Source of the DNA: a virus
Taxonomy: Duplodnaviria > Caudoviricetes
Direction: 5' to 3' (one strand)
DNA length: 64,000 bases
Virus record (IMG/VR): IMGVR_UViG_3300031414_000022
Location: 1,020 to 65,019 of that record
This document shows positions 10,459 through 19,923 of the stretch, in pieces (position 1 is the first letter of the stretch; every line of letters begins with the position of its first letter). The notes under the pieces are model-generated. The model saw nothing but the letters and a program-made list of their open reading frames with translations. It ran no database searches and was not told the DNA's origin. The position numbers and the translations under genes were made by a program.

Positions 10459-12438
10459 ATGAAAGTACAGCTTTCAATTTCGGCTTCGGTGAGCCTTAAA
10501 ATGTTGTCCAAGAACCCCCAAAAGGTCTTGGACACACTGAATCAGAAGCAAGTTGGCAATCTGATTAAAGCACTGGACAACGCCTATCACACGGATGGTG
10601 AAGGGCTTGTCAGTGACGCTGTGTATGATGCAATTCGCTTTTACATCGATGCCAAGTGGCCCAAGTCAAAGCTGGCGCGTAAGATTGGCCAGCGTGACGA
10701 TGCCGATGTTAAGCTGCCTGTGCCTATGGCAAGTCTTAACCAGTTTCAGGCTGGTTCAAAGCAGATTGCTAAAGCACTAGCGAAAGATGTTGAGTACGTT
10801 GGAACAGACAAGCTGGACGGTCTGAGCCTTGAGATTGTCTACGAGGGTGGTGTGCCTGTTGCTGCCTACACTCGTGGCGATGCTACTCATGGCAAGGACG
10901 TATCGCACCATATTCCCGCAATGAAGATTCCTAAAAAGATTCCTACGCGTGAACAAGTGGTGATGCGCTTTGAGGCGCTTATCCCAGAAAAGACCTTCAT
11001 GAGCAAGATGCATGAGTCTGCTGGTGGACGATTCAAGGCCGCACGTAATGCTGCGTCTGGCCTGATTCGTAACTTTGAAACAGCCTCCGAGTTCAAGTAT
11101 GTGCGTCAGGTGTGCTTTGGTATCATTGGCGGCAAGGGTGCTAATCTCAAACAGTCCAAACAGTCCAAACAGTTTGATCTTTTGGAGCGTTGGGGATTCG
11201 AAGTTGTTAAGCACACTCCACCACAGCGCTTTGAAACGGAAGAACAGTTGATCGCGTTCTTGGAGCGCCGCCTGTCTAAAGCTATCTATGAACTGGATGG
11301 CATTGTGTTGACGGAAGATGTGCCTCAGCCAAAAGCTACGGCATCCAATCCCAAGCACGCATTCAAGTTCAAGATGAACGTTGATGCAGACACCGTAGTC
11401 GTCAAAGTCAAAGACGTTATCTACCAAGAGACCAAGTACGGTATCTTGCAGCCTGTTGTCCTGTTCCCACCGACTGTCATGACCGGTGGTGTGACTGTAC
11501 AGCGTGCTAATGGTCACAATGGCTATTATGTAGAGCACGGCTATCTCAAGCCAAAAAGCAAAGCTGCGGCGCCACATGCCAAGCGTCCACTCGGTCCTGG
11601 TGCTACAGTCAAGCTGGTGCGTAGCGGCAAGGTAATCCCATACATCATGGAGATTCTCAAGCCTGCGTCCAAGCCCAAGCTGCCTGACGTTCCATACACT
11701 GTGAACGGTGTTGAGTTTGTTGCCAAGAACAAAACAGACGTTAGCACAAGTCGTTTGCTTGGTAGCTTCCTGAAACAGCTTGAGATCAAGAACGCTGGAC
11801 CATCGACTGCTAAGCTGTTTGTGGACAACGGCATTACTGAACCAAGTGCTGTGTTCCAGCTCGGCATTGAGCAGATGCAGAACATTGTTGGTGATGCTCG
11901 TGGTAGCCAGTTGTTCCGTGACTTGAAAGCCAAGCGCCAAGCTATGCCTGTCAATGCGTGGTTGAAAGCAACAGCGCCTTATTACATGCGCGGTGCCAAC
12001 ACAACGTTTGATAAGGTGATTGACAGCGTTTCAGATCTGGACAAGCTGATGCGTCGTCAGAATGCACTGGAGCTGGCCAAGGCCATCAGTGCTATTCATG
12101 GCATTAAAACCAAGTCGCCTGATATCGCTCGTGCCTGTGTCGAAGCCTATCAGCTTGCTGGTCAGATTGGAATCAAGCTGGTGGCTCCTGCCAAGGTCAA
12201 AGTTGTAAGCAGTAAGCTCACAGGCGTCAATGTTGCCTTTACTGGCATTCGTGACAAAGACCTGATGGCGCAGATTACCGCGCTTGGCGGCGTTGCTACT
12301 GACTCGATGAAGTCTGACACCACAGTGCTGATTGCTAAAGACCCAGGCAGTGGTAGTGCCAAGCTGCAAAAGGCAATGGACAAAGGTATTCCTGTGTACT
12401 CAATTGCGGAGTTTAAACAACGCTACAAACTGGAGTGA
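10459..12438 (+). CDS. ligA: NAD+-dependent DNA ligase
   Basis: Domain Ia (YH...VSDAVYD), motif I KLDG, RGD.T.G.DV, RN.ASG, DGIV, AFKFK, OB fold with G.VIPYI, HhH region, C-terminal BRCT. ATG 10459 has a GGAG RBS (track start 10432). Confidence 0.93.
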   Translation: MKVQLSISASVSLKMLSKNPQKVLDTLNQKQVGNLIKALDNAYHTDGEGLVSDAVYDAIRFYIDAKWPKSKLARKIGQRDDADVKLPVPMASLNQFQAGSKQIAKALAKDVEYVGTDKLDGLSLEIVYEGGVPVAAYTRGDATHGKDVSHHIPAMKIPKKIPTREQVVMRFEALIPEKTFMSKMHESAGGRFKAARNAASGLIRNFETASEFKYVRQVCFGIIGGKGANLKQSKQSKQFDLLERWGFEVVKHTPPQRFETEEQLIAFLERRLSKAIYELDGIVLTEDVPQPKATASNPKHAFKFKMNVDADTVVVKVKDVIYQETKYGILQPVVLFPPTVMTGGVTVQRANGHNGYYVEHGYLKPKSKAAAPHAKRPLGPGATVKLVRSGKVIPYIMEILKPASKPKLPDVPYTVNGVEFVAKNKTDVSTSRLLGSFLKQLEIKNAGPSTAKLFVDNGITEPSAVFQLGIEQMQNIVGDARGSQLFRDLKAKRQAMPVNAWLKATAPYYMRGANTTFDKVIDSVSDLDKLMRRQNALELAKAISAIHGIKTKSPDIARACVEAYQLAGQIGIKLVAPAKVKVVSSKLTGVNVAFTGIRDKDLMAQITALGGVATDSMKSDTTVLIAKDPGSGSAKLQKAMDKGIPVYSIAEFKQRYKLE

Positions 12439-13346
12439 CCATGCTTGCACAAGTTTGTTTGTTTGACTACTGGCGCAACTTTGTCCCCTATGCACCGAAT
12501 CTAAAGATTCCTGCCAAGAACAGTGAGGAGACGCGATTTAGTTTGCGTCCCTTGCTGCTTCAAGGCAGTCGCAACGAGGAAACAGGACACAGCCCTACTG
12601 AGGGCATCCTGGATAAAGTTCCGGCTCAACGTGGGTGGCGCCTGAATGCCATTCTGCAATCTGAGACAGTGCGTGGGACTGTGTGGCTTGATGTTCCAAA
12701 CGAGGAGCTGGTGTATCGTCCTCGAAGTGGTTACATCGGTGTGGACTGTTGCAACTACGTCCTCACAAACGGCACACAGCAATCCAACATTGCTCAGATT
12801 AACTTTGAAGTGTATCAGTGGTATCAGTACCTGATGCGCGTCTATCTCAAAGACACAACAGGCTCACGGCACCAGTTTGTATTAAACGAAGTGCCTACGC
12901 CCAACCTCGACCCTGTGCTGTACCGTGAGTTCACTTGGTACTATAACCAGTATCGACTTGAACTTGATTCAAAGGGCGTTAAGCGCATCTATCGTCGTCG
13001 TTATGCAGTTGCAAAGACAACAGCAAACTACACGGCGTACAATGCCCTGACTGCAACACGTCCAACGATTATCAATCAGTATGATAAGGTCACGTATGAC
13101 ACTTATCTTGATACGGCGTTGGGCCCAGCGTTCGATGGTGATACAGACGTTCCATTCAGCCCCTTCGGATTACAGGGTGATGTGGAAGTTGAAATCAAAC
13201 TGTACACCAAAACAAAACAAGTAATAAACCCAGCTACTGGTGCTAAGTTAGACCAAGTAGACCTCGCACAGCCCATCAACATTCTTATGAAAGCTACCGA
13301 CATTTACGGCAAGCGCTGGTGGGAAAGTGGTAACATCTTAATCTAG
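12435..13346 (+). CDS. hypothetical, probably structural protein with an Ig/cadherin-like segment
   Basis: Overlaps the ligase stop. The LVYRP..GYIGVD..NYVLTNG segment resembles Ig-like repeats. Confidence 0.45.
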   Translation: MTMLAQVCLFDYWRNFVPYAPNLKIPAKNSEETRFSLRPLLLQGSRNEETGHSPTEGILDKVPAQRGWRLNAILQSETVRGTVWLDVPNEELVYRPRSGYIGVDCCNYVLTNGTQQSNIAQINFEVYQWYQYLMRVYLKDTTGSRHQFVLNEVPTPNLDPVLYREFTWYYNQYRLELDSKGVKRIYRRRYAVAKTTANYTAYNALTATRPTIINQYDKVTYDTYLDTALGPAFDGDTDVPFSPFGLQGDVEVEIKLYTKTKQVINPATGAKLDQVDLAQPINILMKATDIYGKRWWESGNILI

Positions 13347-13357
13347 TGGGATTGAAT

Positions 13358-14596
13358 ATGAGAATTTGCGTAGCGGCCATTTGCCGGGATGAAGAAAAGA
13401 ACATTGAGCAGTTCCTCGAACACGTTCGTGGTGCTGATGCCGTATCAATCGTGGACACTGGTAGCACTGATTCAACCATCCAGTTCTATGATAAGTTCGG
13501 CCACGACAATTTCTTTTTGAGCTATGACGTATCAAACGTCCGTGACCTAGGTCGCAGCCGTAACTTGGCCGCTGCGCCGTTCAGCGATGATGACCTGATT
13601 GTTTGGTTGGATATCGACGAACGTTTCTCTGATCCAGATTGGGTCGAGACGCTACGCACTCAGCTTGAAGGTATCGATGACCTGCGTGCTATCTGGATTC
13701 AGATGCACAATGGAGATTCTCAGTACCCTCAAAAGAAAGCCTATCGCAAACAGTTCTACCAGTGGCGTTATGCAGCACACGAAGTCTTGATTGCTAATGA
13801 CCCCAATGACCGCAATGAAGGCCTGTATGACCTCAGTGATTTCCACACTGACCACTTCCCTGATTTAGACAAGCCTCGCAACTACGCTAACGAACTGGCG
13901 AGTGATGTGGCTAACTGGCCATTTGAAGATCGTCCACGCTTCTATTATGCGCGTGAGCTTTGCTACATGGTGAAAGCAGGTCAGTACGAAGCCATTGATG
14001 AGGCCATTGCAGAAGTGCAACAGCTTGAACGTATCTGCCGTTGGAAAGACTACATCGCCTTGATTCACGTTGACCTGCTGGGAGCATTGTACATGGCAGG
14101 CCGTAACTGGATGGCCAGTGCTTATGCCTCAGTTGCAGCACGTCCTGATCGCATTGAGTCTTACGGTACTGCTTGCGATGCTTTCTATCGTCAAGGCGAC
14201 AACGTAAACGCCTTGGGCTTTGCAATTCAGGGTATTGCAGCACACAACAATCCGACTAAAAAACCCCTGCTGTTTGATCGTAGCCAAAGTAATTTAGACT
14301 TATGTTTGGATGTAGCCTATTGGGCATCGCACAATTTAGGTCTCTACGAACCAGCACTTAATTATCTAATCCAACTCGCAGCTTTGAGAGGCCAAGATGT
14401 TACTCAGTCTATCGAACAGTCCGGACTGGTGGAAAAAATTGAGCAAAGCCGAGCAGGAACAGTACCTCAAGGAACATCCCCGCTCGAAACTCCGAGTGAC
14501 GGCTCGCCAGCAACCGAGGAAATCCCCGAACATGAACAACAAAGTACAGCGCCGCAAAGTGGCTCCTCGCAGGCCAAACCTGACCAGCCTGAGTGA
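13358..14596 (+). CDS. family 2 glycosyltransferase with helical (TPR-like) C-terminus
   Basis: ICVAAICRDEEKNI...VDTGSTD.T...WLDIDE (GT-A DxD); later F YYAREL and HRPDRIE-like helical repeats. Track start is 13346. Confidence 0.85.
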   Translation: MRICVAAICRDEEKNIEQFLEHVRGADAVSIVDTGSTDSTIQFYDKFGHDNFFLSYDVSNVRDLGRSRNLAAAPFSDDDLIVWLDIDERFSDPDWVETLRTQLEGIDDLRAIWIQMHNGDSQYPQKKAYRKQFYQWRYAAHEVLIANDPNDRNEGLYDLSDFHTDHFPDLDKPRNYANELASDVANWPFEDRPRFYYARELCYMVKAGQYEAIDEAIAEVQQLERICRWKDYIALIHVDLLGALYMAGRNWMASAYASVAARPDRIESYGTACDAFYRQGDNVNALGFAIQGIAAHNNPTKKPLLFDRSQSNLDLCLDVAYWASHNLGLYEPALNYLIQLAALRGQDVTQSIEQSGLVEKIEQSRAGTVPQGTSPLETPSDGSPATEEIPEHEQQSTAPQSGSSQAKPDQPE

Positions 14597-15401
14597 GCGT
14601 ATTTCAGAACGTTTGCGCAATGAATTAAGCGATGATGACCGTGCCGCACTGGACAACGCAATGCGCCTTGCCGCCAAGAAGAAACTAGGCCGCAGTCTCA
14701 GCCAAGAAGAAATCCTGGATATCGTCAAGCGCACTGCTAACCCTGATGTGGCTACTCGCATCATGGCAGATCTTAGCGGTACAGGTGAGCAGAACACCTA
14801 CAAGACGCTGGCCCGTGTTGCTATCGGTATGGCTGTAGTTGCTGCTGCCGGAGCTGGACTTGCTGTGGCCAGTGCTACATCAGGTTCAACTCTGCCATTG
14901 CTGTTGGGTGCATACTTTGTCAACCGTATCATTGATGACCCCACCAGCACTGTTGCTCGTCTGAACACCATTGCTGCTCCGATTGAAGACCGCATTGGAC
15001 GTTTGTTCAATAGCTGGTGGTCAACACTGGACGTGACTAAGCTCAAGGACCTGATCAAGCCGCAGTCGCTTAGTGCTGCTGCTCGTATCACGTTTAAGAA
15101 AGCCTCTGCTAAAAGCCCATACGATGGCGCAGAGAAGATCAGCTATGTTGTTAATCGTGCTGGCTCAAACTGTGGTGTTATCAATTGGGACCCAAGCTGC
15201 GGCGCCTGTTCAGACAAGTCCACCGGTTGGGTTGTTACGTTGTTTGATGGATTCAATGAAGCGGCTTATCGCAGTGGCCGTGGTGAAAACAAAAACGAGC
15301 CGTTCACTGCCGTACACAAGGGTGAGGTTAAACTCCAGAACCCAAGTCGTATGACACTGGACATGGCACGTAGCTGGGCACGGGGTGCCTTGAGGGCGTA
15401 G
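14397..15401 (+). CDS. hypothetical protein (possible virion/head protein, central hydrophobic segment)
   Basis: N-terminal WW..LS..EQ..YL.EHP.SK motif seen in large-phage proteins; overlaps the GT gene by 200 nt. Confidence 0.55.
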   Translation: MLLSLSNSPDWWKKLSKAEQEQYLKEHPRSKLRVTARQQPRKSPNMNNKVQRRKVAPRRPNLTSLSERISERLRNELSDDDRAALDNAMRLAAKKKLGRSLSQEEILDIVKRTANPDVATRIMADLSGTGEQNTYKTLARVAIGMAVVAAAGAGLAVASATSGSTLPLLLGAYFVNRIIDDPTSTVARLNTIAAPIEDRIGRLFNSWWSTLDVTKLKDLIKPQSLSAAARITFKKASAKSPYDGAEKISYVVNRAGSNCGVINWDPSCGACSDKSTGWVVTLFDGFNEAAYRSGRGENKNEPFTAVHKGEVKLQNPSRMTLDMARSWARGALRA

Positions 15402-15402
15402 C

Positions 15403-15822
15403 ATGTCAACTTACCAATTTGATCACAATATCGGCGACGTTGTATGCTACCGCTTTCAAAACGATGAAGGTACCTGCGGCGGAACCATTCGTGGTATCAT
15501 CCGCAGTATCGTTGTTGGTGATGACAAGTATGGCTACACAATCGAAACTGTGAACGGTACTGACTACGTTAACAGCAAAGATGTGGCTCGCACTGTGTAC
15601 AGCACCAAATCGTTTGATGTGATGCATCCAGGCATTGAGGTTAGTTACTACCGTTTTGGGCGTGACGAACCGCCACTGCTGTGCCTTGTGGAAGCTGCTT
15701 ACATTGAACGTGGTCGCCTGTACTATCGCGTGCGCGACTCGGACATGAATTGTTTTATCGCGCCTGAGGGAAATGTTGAGATTGTCAAATCCAACGAATA
15801 CAACCTTCAGTATTTCGACTAA
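15403..15822 (+). CDS. hypothetical protein (two SH3-like beta repeats)
   Basis: Tightly packed in the operon; IGDVV.Y and GIEV.Y half-repeats. Confidence 0.5.
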   Translation: MSTYQFDHNIGDVVCYRFQNDEGTCGGTIRGIIRSIVVGDDKYGYTIETVNGTDYVNSKDVARTVYSTKSFDVMHPGIEVSYYRFGRDEPPLLCLVEAAYIERGRLYYRVRDSDMNCFIAPEGNVEIVKSNEYNLQYFD

Positions 15823-15831
15823 GGAACCACA

Positions 15832-16605
15832 ATGAAAAAAGAATTAACGGTGCGTAGTCAATCCTTTGACTTGAGCACAACGGGACTTGCTGCTATCGAT
15901 ATGCACAAAGAGCAGGCCGATCGTGGTACCAGCGCTTTACGCATTGGTGGCGATCGCATGGGTGGCGTGTCGAGCTTTGACCTCGATATCAACACCTGGC
16001 TCAAGCCTGCATCAGAAGTGTTCAACACCAGCAGCGATATCCGTGACTACATCATGGTGCCTGTTCCGGTAAACATCAGTGAGCTTCCAAACACCAACGG
16101 TGATGCATTCTCTAAAGCTGAGTGGCTGCGATTCAACGTTGATGAAGGACGCCTTGCGTTCCAGACGTTTAAAGGCAAGCCAACGTTTATCGAGCACAAC
16201 AACAAAGACCATACCAAGGCACAGGGCATTATCTTTGATAGTCACCTCAGTGCGTTGCGTGGGTTTCAAGGCGATCATGTGCGCCTGACACTGTTGCTGG
16301 GCTTTGACCGTACACGTTGTCCTGAGCGTTGTGCCCGTATCCTGCGTGGTGAGCTTAACACGTACAGCAAAGGCACAACCTACAAGGCGTATGAGTGCAG
16401 TATCTGTGGACAGATTGTTACGCCAAAGGCACGCAACTTCTGTGAGCACACGTCATTCAACAAGCCTGCTTTCCTCGACTCACGCACAGGCCGTCTTGTG
16501 TATCGCAACTGCATCGGCCTGCGTGGCTTTGAATGTAGTTCGGTAGATGACCCTGCGTTTGCCTGTGCTGCGTCATACTCTGATCACCTGATGCAGATCA
16601 AGTAA
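15832..16605 (+). CDS. prohead (capsid maturation) protease with Zn-finger insert
   Basis: F.GKP.FIEH, YSKG, CSICG...CEH, ECSSVDDPAF: HK97/assemblin-type protease pattern; lies upstream of scaffold and capsid genes. Confidence 0.65.
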   Translation: MKKELTVRSQSFDLSTTGLAAIDMHKEQADRGTSALRIGGDRMGGVSSFDLDINTWLKPASEVFNTSSDIRDYIMVPVPVNISELPNTNGDAFSKAEWLRFNVDEGRLAFQTFKGKPTFIEHNNKDHTKAQGIIFDSHLSALRGFQGDHVRLTLLLGFDRTRCPERCARILRGELNTYSKGTTYKAYECSICGQIVTPKARNFCEHTSFNKPAFLDSRTGRLVYRNCIGLRGFECSSVDDPAFACAASYSDHLMQIK

Positions 16606-17681
16606 TGTCTCAGTTTGATTTTAAGTTCCGCCGTTACCTTGGACCAGATGTTCTCAAGTCTAACGGCGTTGAAATCCAGCCCCGTGATGTTGTCGGACTC
16701 ATGTCTGTCAACGATGGGCTGGCATATATTGCAAGCACCCGCTATCCAGTAGTTGGCGCAATCGATGGTGATACCTATCGATCAATTCTGGATAACAGCC
16801 GCGATTTCACTGCTGACCCTAGCGCGTTGTTCAAAGGCTTTGACTTTTCACTGCCTAATGATCGCTCAGCACGTCCATCTAAAACTCCTCCTGCTTCAAC
16901 TGAAATCGTTCCTGAGGTTCGTAAGCCTAGCGTGGAAGATGACTCTGATCCAGCAACCCGTGCAGCACAGGAATTCCAACGACAAGTAAGCCGTGATTTT
17001 GGCTCGCTGCGTCCACTGGAATATGCTCGACCTGTGTACAGCGGCGGAACGCCTGGTAACTATCTTGTTAAGAAACTAGCACGCTGTGGCAAGGTCTCGC
17101 TTGAGGTTAAACCTGTGTCGGAGATTCGTGACAAGTTACCACAAGGCCGCCAGATACACGCACAAGATGCGCCTGACTACGTTATGCAAGATATCCAAGA
17201 CAACGTAATGCCCAGCCTGGGCCTCATGATTGACCTACCGTTTAAACGTCTATACGTTGGCCTGACCAACGATGCGCGTGACGGTACTCACATTGTGACC
17301 TACCGTGTGTCTGGCATCCTGTATGGCGTTATTGCTATTGACCCTAAACAGTTAGTAGCCCTGTTTGGTGGATACAACAGCACAAGTGTGGCGCACGCAA
17401 CCACGCACGAACTGGCACACTTTGTCGATCACACCATGATTAAAAACGTAGACCGTATGCGTTTTCAACAGGCCATTAAAGGGAAAAAGATTCACCCGGA
17501 TATGCTTAAATCTGGTGCTATTAGCAGCGTGCCCGCAGAACACTTCGCAACGCTTGCAGAACTAATGGTGTGGGGAGACAGTATACGCAAGGTTTACACG
17601 CTGAATGGCGTTGAAACCGTCGCCAAATACTTCAAAAACCGGTATATCCCGCAATCTGACATAGATACCAGAAAAATTTGA
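16605..17681 (+). CDS. zincin-like metallopeptidase domain protein
   Basis: HELAHFVDH (HExxH) with downstream AEHFA; N-terminal small beta domain shared with other ORFs. Confidence 0.6.
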   Translation: MSQFDFKFRRYLGPDVLKSNGVEIQPRDVVGLMSVNDGLAYIASTRYPVVGAIDGDTYRSILDNSRDFTADPSALFKGFDFSLPNDRSARPSKTPPASTEIVPEVRKPSVEDDSDPATRAAQEFQRQVSRDFGSLRPLEYARPVYSGGTPGNYLVKKLARCGKVSLEVKPVSEIRDKLPQGRQIHAQDAPDYVMQDIQDNVMPSLGLMIDLPFKRLYVGLTNDARDGTHIVTYRVSGILYGVIAIDPKQLVALFGGYNSTSVAHATTHELAHFVDHTMIKNVDRMRFQQAIKGKKIHPDMLKSGAISSVPAEHFATLAELMVWGDSIRKVYTLNGVETVAKYFKNRYIPQSDIDTRKI

Positions 17682-17760
17682 TTTTTTGGTCCATTTTTTC
17701 TGAAATCGTTAATTTTTTCCTGTCGAAACAACGACTTTCAAAAACAGTGAGGGTTTCACC

Positions 17761-19869
17761 ATGCCAAAGATTTCCCTTAAGGGGATCGTGTGTGTCGGCG
17801 CAAACCACCAGCAGGCAGTAGATAACTTCCGTAATACCGCTACCGGTCAAGGCATGATGTTCTTCGCTTCTCAGAGCGGTGAGACCTATGCTTCCCAGAG
17901 CGGCGCGGACATCTACAAACCAGACGGCAGCCAAGAGCTGCTGACTGAACGCCCTGATTTGGTGGAAAAAGCCAACTTCGCGTCCACATCGTCTAGCGAA
18001 GATGTTCGTGCCAATTACACCGTCTGTCTGGATGGCTGTGGCGCACACATCGTAAGCGAAAGCACCGCAAACGTCACGCATTGCCCATCGTGCAGCGCTG
18101 ACTTGGGTGAGATTAGCGACGAACGCATCCACGAGCACCTTGCAACAGTTATGGACACACAGTCTGTGTCTCACGACGGCCTGGTAGCGGTTGGTGCTAC
18201 TGCCGAAGAAGCGCAACAGAACTTTGTTCAGGCGCTAAGCTCGGCCACCAGCTTTGTTGCAGAGTCTGGCACCAGCCAGTTCAAAGCAGCAATGGCTGTT
18301 AAGTTCGACCCATACACAGGCGCTGATGTTACTTCGGTATCTCAGGCATCTGATGAAGTGGTCAGTGCGCTGTCCAGCACCATTGTTGGTGACAGCCAGA
18401 ACGTTGATGTTCACATGTATAGCTGCTCGGCTGCTTGTGAAAATCCGTTCACAGTTTCAAGCGATGAGAACCCAGTGTTCTGTGCTCATTGCTCTGCGGT
18501 CCTGATTGATATCAACCCGGAAGAAGCGTCATTAAGTTCTGACGACGAAGACGGCGCTGATATCGATATCCTGGACGACGAAGACGAAGACCTCGACGTT
18601 GATGATGAAGATCTCGACGAAGAAGAATCCGAGTCTAGCGCCCACGGTGACGAAGAACTGGATAGCCTAAGCGCCGACGACCTCGAAGAAGACGAGGAAG
18701 AAGACGACGAAGATCTGGATGAGGACGAAGAGGAAGAAGAAGACGACCTCGACGACCTTGATGATCTGGGCGATGACGACTTCGAAGACGAAGACGAAGA
18801 TGATTCCGAATTCCTTGATGACGAGGAAGACCTGGAAGAAGAAGACGACCTCGACGACGAAGAAGAAGATGATGAAGATTATGATTCTGAATCTTCTGCC
18901 GATGCAGACGAAGTTGAAGAAGACGATGACCTGCTCATCGACGACGAAGACCTCGACGAACTGGAAGACAGCGATGACGATATCGATGACTCCGAGTTTG
19001 AATCTGATTCTGCCGCCAAGCCAGTCACTCGCACCTTCGACAGCCTGTCTACCGCGATTGCTGCACACACCAACCTGAACCCTGCGCTGGTATCTATCAG
19101 CCGCACTACAGGTGGTCCGGTTCCTACCGTTCACATGTACTACGACGGTATGCCGATTGCTGCTGCAACATTCCAAACTGTGTCTAACGCAGTTGGTGAA
19201 AAAATCGCGCGTGAAAGTTTCGAATCTGCTAATTTTGAGCGTGTAGTTAAGGCAAGCCTCAGCGATGTTGGCGTTGTCGAAACTTGCAGCCAGATGGGCT
19301 TCGAGCCGTTCAAAATCGAAATGCCTGTTGACCGCCTGCTGGCCAACGAAGCTGATAGCCGCATCAACGCAGCCACCAGCGACGTACAGCAAACAATCAG
19401 CTCTAGCGTAGATGCTTACCAAGAGCGTTTCATCGCAGCACTGTCTACTTCAATGCTGGGTGTTACTAAGGGCTTCTGGAACGGCGTGACCAACCCTGTG
19501 GTTGAAAGCCTGTGCCGTGCCCTGCAAGCTGCTGGTATCAAAGAGCCGCGCGGTGTTGTTGAGCGTGCATTCTTCTCCCACAGCTCTGACTTCCTGACTG
19601 TTGCACTCAGCCAAGCTAATTCGCTGATGCATAAATCGGAAGTCGCTCAGAATGAGATCGCGGAAGCGGTATCAAGTTCTGTTGGTATCTCTCGTGCCAC
19701 TGTCGAAGACGCACCGCGTCAGGAAGCAGTACAGCCACAAGAGCAACCAAAACCATCCGCCGCACAGCGTCTGGCTATCCAGCGCGATGAGGCTCCTGTA
19801 CAGTCCCAGAGTTCAGCTTCTGTTGACTCATTCGCTGCTAAGGCTGCAAACGTTCTGCGCTTCCAATAA
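17761..19869 (+). CDS. scaffold-like head assembly protein with Zn ribbons and acidic linker
   Basis: CxxC pairs (CLDGC, CPSC, CSAAC, CAHC), ~165-aa D/E tract, position between protease and capsid. Confidence 0.55.
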   Translation: MPKISLKGIVCVGANHQQAVDNFRNTATGQGMMFFASQSGETYASQSGADIYKPDGSQELLTERPDLVEKANFASTSSSEDVRANYTVCLDGCGAHIVSESTANVTHCPSCSADLGEISDERIHEHLATVMDTQSVSHDGLVAVGATAEEAQQNFVQALSSATSFVAESGTSQFKAAMAVKFDPYTGADVTSVSQASDEVVSALSSTIVGDSQNVDVHMYSCSAACENPFTVSSDENPVFCAHCSAVLIDINPEEASLSSDDEDGADIDILDDEDEDLDVDDEDLDEEESESSAHGDEELDSLSADDLEEDEEEDDEDLDEDEEEEEDDLDDLDDLGDDDFEDEDEDDSEFLDDEEDLEEEDDLDDEEEDDEDYDSESSADADEVEEDDDLLIDDEDLDELEDSDDDIDDSEFESDSAAKPVTRTFDSLSTAIAAHTNLNPALVSISRTTGGPVPTVHMYYDGMPIAAATFQTVSNAVGEKIARESFESANFERVVKASLSDVGVVETCSQMGFEPFKIEMPVDRLLANEADSRINAATSDVQQTISSSVDAYQERFIAALSTSMLGVTKGFWNGVTNPVVESLCRALQAAGIKEPRGVVERAFFSHSSDFLTVALSQANSLMHKSEVAQNEIAEAVSSSVGISRATVEDAPRQEAVQPQEQPKPSAAQRLAIQRDEAPVQSQSSASVDSFAAKAANVLRFQ

Positions 19870-19923
19870 GGCGCAGGGTGTTTCAACTTAGGGTGATTCG
19901 TAAATTCCTAACGGAGAATAATC

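Noticed and set aside
10777-11940. 387-aa minus-strand ORF
   Set aside because: Antisense shadow of ligA caused by codon bias.
18667-19422. Long minus-strand hydrophobic ORF
   Set aside because: Shadow of the acidic codon run on the + strand.
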